This document shows positions 58,796-64,000 of a DNA stretch of 64,000 nt, piece after piece. Within the stretch, counting starts at the first letter, position 1, and each line of letters opens with the position of its first letter. Source of the DNA: an uncultured Erysipelotrichaceae bacterium (GTDB lineage Bacteria; Bacillota_I; Bacilli_A; RF39; UBA660); assembly GCA_902801825.1 (NCBI GenBank), contig CADCJS010000004.1, positions 468 through 64,467 of the forward strand. Direction: 5' to 3'. Under the pieces are notes generated by a model. It had not been told where the DNA came from, did no database searches, and worked only from the letters and a program-made list of their open reading frames with translations. The translations under genes were made by a program, and so were the position numbers.

Positions 58796-59521
58796 TTATT
58801 TAAAAAATATCATAAAAATAAAACCAATCAAAAAGAACAAAATAGTTCTTTTTTTATTATATAAAAGTGCTTGAGGTAATAATTCAATTAAAGAAATATA
58901 TATCATTATTCCAGTTGTAATTGCAAGAATAATCCCCAAAATAAAATCGTTAATATATCTGTAGAAGAATAAAAATGTTATTAAAGCACCAAAAAATTCT
59001 GAAAACCCTGAAATAAATGTATATATGAAAGCTTTGAATTTATTATTTGTTGAATAAAATATTGGAATAGAAATACTTAGACCTTCTGGAATATTATGAC
59101 ACATTATAGAAAATGCAATAGTTAGGCCTAAATAACTATTAGATGAAGTAGCTAAAAAAGTTATAATACCTTCAGGTAAATTATGAATGATAAGTGCAAT
59201 CATATTTATTAATCCTATTTTATATAATTTATTATTAATACTGCTTAATAAAAGATTTATTGAATTTGTAATAAAGAATCCTAGTATTATATAGAGAAAT
59301 ATTAAAAGGATTGTTTTATTATAATCTCTAACTAATAGATTATAACTTTCTTTTATAAGAGAAAATAGACTAATACTTATCATTACACCACTAGAAAAAG
59401 CTAAAGTTGAATTTATTAATTTTTCTTTATTTTTAATTTTAAAAAAAATTGGTATTGTTCCGATTACTGTGGAAAATCCTGAAATAAAAGTTAATAAAAA
59501 AGCTAATAAAATATTGTTCAT
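58796..59521 (-). CDS. zupT: ZIP family zinc transporter
   Basis: HNLPEGI and HNIPEGL motifs in a polytopic protein. Confidence 0.8.
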   Translation of the reverse strand: MNNILLAFLLTFISGFSTVIGTIPIFFKIKNKEKLINSTLAFSSGVMISISLFSLIKESYNLLVRDYNKTILLIFLYIILGFFITNSINLLLSSINNKLYKIGLINMIALIIHNLPEGIITFLATSSNSYLGLTIAFSIMCHNIPEGLSISIPIFYSTNNKFKAFIYTFISGFSEFFGALITFLFFYRYINDFILGIILAITTGIMIYISLIELLPQALLYNKKRTILFFLIGFIFMIFFK

Positions 59522-59541
59522 AATATATTATATTTTATTTT

Positions 59542-60621
59542 TTATTTTTTATTAATATTTAATACAAATCCTATCAATGACATATAACTAATTAAACTAC
59601 TTCCACCATAACTTATAAAGGGAAGAGTAATTCCAGTAATTGGTAGAAGTCCTATATTCATTCCTATATTTTGTATTTGTCCATATAAGATAATAGAAAT
59701 AACACCAGATATAAATATTTTATTTCTAATAGATTTATCTAATGCTATTTTTATAATTGATATATCAAAATAAACAATTACTATTATTAAAAATATTTCA
59801 AAAATAAAACCAAAAGTACTAGCAAAACTTGTAAAAATAAAATCAGTATGTGGTTCTGGGTAATAAATTGGTATTTTTCCAATTTTATTCCCATATAAAT
59901 AAGATGTTCCTATTGAGTTTAATGCATTACTAAGCTGCATACCAGTTTTATTCTTCCATTGAAATAATCTATCCATTCTATAAAAGAAATCTGTTCCAAA
60001 TATGTTGATAAAACTGTTTTTAAAGTTAAGGAAAAAGTAAATAAAAATAAACAATGAAATACCAATAATAAAAAAAGAAATAATATACCAATGGTATTTA
60101 ATACCATAAATGAATAACATAAAAATATATATAATTAAATAAAATAATACTATTCCTGTATCAGGTTGTAAAAAAGTAAGAATACTTGGAATTAGTATAA
60201 TGAATAATGTTTTTAAAATAACTATAAATTCATTTTTAAAATTATGTTTTATATTTTTATACTTGTCTAAAGTAGTTGATAAATATATTATTAAAAATAC
60301 TTTCATAAATTCACTAGGTTCAATACTAAAACCTTTAATAACAAACCAACTTCTTGCTCCATTAGTTTCAACTCCGAAAAATAATACTAATATAAGTAAT
60401 ATGATACCGATTATATATAAATAAAATGAATACTTATAAAAAAACTCTTTTTTTTGTTTATATATTATAAATAAAACTAAAAAAGAAATTATATACCATA
60501 TAATTTGTTTGATATGTATATAACTATATTCGCTTGATAATAAGAAACTAGAACTATATATTGATAAAACACTTATAACAGAAAAAATAAAAAGGCATAT
60601 AATAATTTTAAAATTTTTCAT
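59542..60621 (-). CDS. SEDS family protein (FtsW/RodA/SpoVE)
   Basis: PEPHTDFIF and LPITGITLPFISYGGSS. Confidence 0.9.
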   Translation of the reverse strand: MKNFKIIICLFIFSVISVLSIYSSSFLLSSEYSYIHIKQIIWYIISFLVLFIIYKQKKEFFYKYSFYLYIIGIILLILVLFFGVETNGARSWFVIKGFSIEPSEFMKVFLIIYLSTTLDKYKNIKHNFKNEFIVILKTLFIILIPSILTFLQPDTGIVLFYLIIYIFMLFIYGIKYHWYIISFFIIGISLFIFIYFFLNFKNSFINIFGTDFFYRMDRLFQWKNKTGMQLSNALNSIGTSYLYGNKIGKIPIYYPEPHTDFIFTSFASTFGFIFEIFLIIVIVYFDISIIKIALDKSIRNKIFISGVISIILYGQIQNIGMNIGLLPITGITLPFISYGGSSLISYMSLIGFVLNINKK

Positions 60622-60692
60622 ATTCTCACCATTTTATTATTTTGTAAAAAAAATATTTTTTATGCATATATTTTAAAAAAAGGAGAGATAAT

Positions 60693-61010
60693 ATGAAAAA
60701 AGAATTACCTAAATTATTTAAAGGAAAAGTAATAAATAGCGTTAATCAAACAAAGACTATATTGAAAAATAATAAAGAAATAGAAATTAGTAATACTAAA
60801 CCAAATAACGAAACAAATAAATCAGTAAAAAAACAAATAAATGATATATTAAATTCATCCGATTTTGTATATAAAGCAGACGTAAAAATACTATTAAAAA
60901 ATAATAAAGAAATTAAAAAAACTATTATAGGTAGAACCAATAATAGTTTAATTACAATGGATGATGAATTAATAGATGTTAGTAGTATCACAAAAATAGA
61001 TCTTCTTTAA
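60693..61010 (+). CDS. Hypothetical protein (105 aa)
   Basis: ORF with a GGAGAG RBS. No motif recognised. Confidence 0.45.
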   Translation: MKKELPKLFKGKVINSVNQTKTILKNNKEIEISNTKPNNETNKSVKKQINDILNSSDFVYKADVKILLKNNKEIKKTIIGRTNNSLITMDDELIDVSSITKIDLL

Positions 61011-61405
61011 ATATTTTCAACGAATGTATCACCTAAACATCTGATTGAACAAATACATTCTAAATTCATTGTAAAAAATGAATCAGTTGAAGTATAAGTA
61101 CCATCTTCATTTGAAATTAATACTCTAAATGTTGCACAACAGTCATTTATTTTTTCTACTCTGAATACTTGTGAATAAGTATCAGGATTTGCTGTTCTAG
61201 TCGTAGGTGCGCTCCATGCATCTGTTCCATTACTCATACATGTATAAAGCATTACAGGTCTTGTATTAAAATAAACACATGGGAATTGACCTAAAGTAGG
61301 TCTATCACAACTTTCAATGCAATCATCTTCTCTATCGGCATTTTTTTGAAGTAAAAAAATCACTTTTAAAATATCACTTATACAATTACAATTGTTTTTG
61401 CACAT
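61007..61405 (-). CDS. CotY/CotZ-family Cys-rich spore coat/exosporium protein
   Basis: N-terminal CNCISDILKVIFLLQ, then FRVEKINDCCATFRVL and C-terminal LECICSIRCL. This matches the CotZ pattern. Confidence 0.65.
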   Translation of the reverse strand: MCKNNCNCISDILKVIFLLQKNADREDDCIESCDRPTLGQFPCVYFNTRPVMLYTCMSNGTDAWSAPTTRTANPDTYSQVFRVEKINDCCATFRVLISNEDGTYTSTDSFFTMNLECICSIRCLGDTFVENI

Positions 61406-61522
61406 ATAAATACCTCCTCTTTATAAATTTCTAATATAGAATATGTAAAAGATTTATAAAAAGTGTAGGTACAAGTCTTGAGTTTTTTCTTATTTTTGTT
61501 ATAATTAATTAAGGTGATATAT

Positions 61523-61837
61523 ATGAACTATCAATATTTAATAATATTTTTAATTTTAATATTTATATTATTAATAGTATTAAAAGCAACAAAAAAGGAT
61601 TTCCATATTGAAGCTAATAAATTAATAGATTGTTTAGGTGGAAAAGATAATATTATAAATATGGAAGTAAACATGTCTAGATTTAAAGTTACATTAAATG
61701 ATATATCTAAAGTAAATAAAGAGGGTATACAAAAGATGGGTGCAAAAGGAATAGTTGAAATTGATAATCAATTAAAAATAATATTTGGTCCTAATGCAAA
61801 AACTTTAAAAGGTTATATTGAAGATTTAAAAAAATAA
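61523..61837 (+). CDS. Membrane-anchored PTS EIIB-like domain protein lacking the phospho-Cys
   Basis: LIDCLGGKDNIINMEVNMSRFKVTLND aligns with the EIIB GGKENI ... C-TRLR region, but has M-S-R-F in place of C-x-T-R-L. Confidence 0.45.
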   Translation: MNYQYLIIFLILIFILLIVLKATKKDFHIEANKLIDCLGGKDNIINMEVNMSRFKVTLNDISKVNKEGIQKMGAKGIVEIDNQLKIIFGPNAKTLKGYIEDLKK

Positions 61838-61861
61838 AAAACATTGAGTTTTTTATTTTTT

Positions 61862-62704
61862 TTATATAATATTCTTTATTGTATAAACATTAAACGATGG
61901 ATTGTTAAATAATCTGAATTTATAATCACTAGTACCTATACCACTTGAAATATAAAAGTTAGTATTATTTATTTTATAGAAAGGTTCATAGTATTTTTTT
62001 GCACCTTTCATTGAATATATTTTTTTTATGTATGGTATATTTATTTGATTATTATGAGAATGACCAGCTAGAGCTAAATTAAAGTCGTAAGCACTAAATT
62101 CATCAAATTCATCGGGTTTATGTAATACAAATATTTTATAATCATAATTATTTATAGATTCTAGAAAATTACTATTATTATTGTTATAGCTTATACCAGA
62201 TAAAATAATACTTTCATTTTTTTTACTAGTAATATCAACATTAATATCATTTAAAGAAATAAAATTGGAATCTTGCAAAACTTGATCAAAATTTTTGTTT
62301 TTTAAATCATCTTCACCATTTACATAATAACAACCATATATTGAAGATATCTTACTCAATTCATTTACCATATTTTTATTATCTTCATCTTTAATAAGAT
62401 AATTTTTATCAAATAAATCACCTGTAAATATAACTATATCAGGTTTTTTATCATTTATTTTATTGACTAATTCTTTAATGTCATTCATATCTGTTGTACT
62501 ACCATAATGAATATCTGAAAAATGTACAATTTTTAAATTATTAAATGAACTAGGTAAATCTTTGTCTTTAATAATATAACTTTTAACAAATATATTCTTT
62601 ATTCCAACATATCTAGCATATAAAACAGATAATACAATTATTAATATTACAATAAAGAAAAGTTTTCTTAATCGGTTTTTTTTCTTTTTACTCTTTTTAC
62701 TCAT
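61862..62704 (-). CDS. Metallophosphoesterase (calcineurin-like), membrane anchored
   Basis: HFSDIHYG, TGDLFD and GHSHN. Confidence 0.8.
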   Translation of the reverse strand: MSKKSKKKKNRLRKLFFIVILIIVLSVLYARYVGIKNIFVKSYIIKDKDLPSSFNNLKIVHFSDIHYGSTTDMNDIKELVNKINDKKPDIVIFTGDLFDKNYLIKDEDNKNMVNELSKISSIYGCYYVNGEDDLKNKNFDQVLQDSNFISLNDINVDITSKKNESIILSGISYNNNNSNFLESINNYDYKIFVLHKPDEFDEFSAYDFNLALAGHSHNNQINIPYIKKIYSMKGAKKYYEPFYKINNTNFYISSGIGTSDYKFRLFNNPSFNVYTIKNII

Positions 62705-62714
62705 ATAAACTCCT

Positions 62715-63383
62715 TTATAAAATTATTTGTATCATAAATAATAATAAATTATGTAAAAAATGGAATTGCATAGTTGCGAATATATTATTTGTTTTATAAT
62801 AGATGTATGCAAAATCTAATCCAATGATTATATATGGAATACCCATTAATATATCATTTATATTTTGGTTACCACTAATAACGTGCATTAAACCAAAAAC
62901 ACTTCCACTTAAAATAATAAATAGATATTTATTACTAATTAAACCTCTAAAACATTTTCTATAAATTAATTCTTCCACAAAAGGTGCATATATAATAGTT
63001 GAAAATGAAATATAAATAGGCATTGTTTTTATCAAGTGTCTAATTGTTTCTTCATTTTCACTAATTTTTATATTAGTATATTTAGATATTATAGAATTTG
63101 TAATACCCATTAATACAACACCTAAAACATATAAATGAAAATAATTATAAAAATAGTTACCTTTTTCTTTCTTATAAATTTTATAATCTGTTTTTAGCTC
63201 TTTATAAAAAATAAATATAAAACAACTTATTTTAAATATTCCTAAAAATATTAATAATATATTTTTTTTAAGTAATGATAAATTATTGTAATCAATATTT
63301 AATTTTGTAAAAACAATAGATACAAAACTATCAATTAATAAATAAAATAATATACCTACTATATATTTCAAATATTTTTTCAT
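62715..63383 (-). CDS. CPBP family intramembrane metalloprotease
   Basis: APFVEELIYRK, FGLMH and HFLHN. Confidence 0.8.
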   Translation of the reverse strand: MKKYLKYIVGILFYLLIDSFVSIVFTKLNIDYNNLSLLKKNILLIFLGIFKISCFIFIFYKELKTDYKIYKKEKGNYFYNYFHLYVLGVVLMGITNSIISKYTNIKISENEETIRHLIKTMPIYISFSTIIYAPFVEELIYRKCFRGLISNKYLFIILSGSVFGLMHVISGNQNINDILMGIPYIIIGLDFAYIYYKTNNIFATMQFHFLHNLLLFMIQIIL

Positions 63384-63471
63384 CAAATCCTCTACTTTCT
63401 TAATTATTATAACATATTTATGAAAAAACATTTACATATTTTATTATTTTATGATATAATCTTTGTAATGC

Positions 63472-63506
63472 AACAAGGAGTGAGGAGTTAATCCTCACTC
63501 TTTGTT
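63472..63506 (+). promoter_or_regulatory. Strong leader hairpin upstream of rimP-nusA (possible rimP-leader type element)
   Basis: 15-bp stem AACAAGGAGTGAGGA / TCCTCACTCTTTGTT, about 15 nt downstream of a TGATATAAT promoter (63452-63460). Confidence 0.4.
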
Positions 63507-63521
63507 ATAATTGGAGGTTTT

Positions 63522-63764
63522 ATGATTGAAGAAATCAAAAAATTAATTGAAGAACCATTAAATAAAGAAAAGATAGAAGTACTAGAAGTATCTTTTGAAG
63601 AAATTGATGGTGTAAAAAATCTTATGATTATAATTGATAAAAAACCATATGTTGATTTAGACACATGTGTTTTAGCTACTCACATAATTAATCCTATATT
63701 AGATGAAAAGGATTTAATAGAGGAAAGTTATGTATTAAATGTATGTTCAAAGGGAGGTAATTAA
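63522..63764 (+). CDS. rimP: Ribosome maturation factor RimP, N-terminal domain only (80 aa)
   Basis: Position directly upstream of nusA and a RimP N-domain-like pattern. Confidence 0.6.
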   Translation: MIEEIKKLIEEPLNKEKIEVLEVSFEEIDGVKNLMIIIDKKPYVDLDTCVLATHIINPILDEKDLIEESYVLNVCSKGGN

Positions 63765-63775
63765 AATGAATGGTA

Positions 63776-64000
63776 AAGAATTAATAAAAGCAATTAATGT
63801 TTTATCTGAAGAAAAAGGAATATCAAAAGATGAATTATTTGATTATGTAGAAACAGCTCTAAATGCAGCTTATAAAAGAAATTATAATGCAACTAATAGT
63901 AAAGTGTTAATTGACAGAACAACTGGAGATGTTAAAGTATTATCTTACAAAATTGTTGTAGAAGAGATTAATATGGAAGAAGAAGAAGATGCACAAGTTT
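63776..64000 (+). CDS. nusA: Transcription termination/antitermination factor NusA (5' partial, runs off the window)
   Basis: MNGKELIKAINVLSEEKGISKDELFDYVETALNAAYKR. GGGAGG RBS. Confidence 0.85.

Overview
This is a very AT-rich chromosomal segment of Bacillota (Firmicutes) type. The organism looks like a spore-former, because CotZ/CotY-, CotJC- and CotS/YutH-like genes are present.

Most of the window is core genome with classic Firmicute synteny:
- a LysM amidase, ABC transporters and an extracytoplasmic thiol-disulfide (CxxC) cluster
- clpB and htpG-hsp20, each behind the same CIRCE-like operator
- rmuC, uppP, recU-ponA, gpsB-rnpB and the run rodZ-like-pgsA-recA-rny
- thyA, a Crp/Fnr regulator next to nrdDG, zupT, a SEDS protein and rimP-nusA
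- 16 tRNA genes in seven loci

I saw no rRNA, CRISPR array or transposase.

Three accessory patches stand out:
1. **41-8771:** an island bounded by perfect 20-bp direct repeats, with a decayed tyrosine integrase. It carries a 669-aa PD-(D/E)xK protein convergent on two N6-adenine methyltransferases, and a 921-aa membrane-inserted KAP-family P-loop NTPase that sits behind a terminator-like leader hairpin. It also carries a 309-aa unknown protein. This is my best candidate for an undescribed defence module.
2. **20657-25669, next to tRNA-His:** single-gene cassettes (hydrolase, GNAT, nucleotidyltransferase-Fic, a decayed ABC operon). They are separated by three copies of a small promoter + conserved 47-nt core + terminator unit.
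3. **53458-54195:** an orphan MvaI/BcnI-like nuclease wedged against a tRNA cluster.

Other regulatory signals:
- a tandemly duplicated leader motif upstream of an ABC-2 transporter
- an ABC-F ATPase with a textbook promoter-uORF-terminator attenuator
- a three-copy identical terminator hairpin around tRNA-Trp

All functional calls come from motif recognition by eye. No database search was possible.
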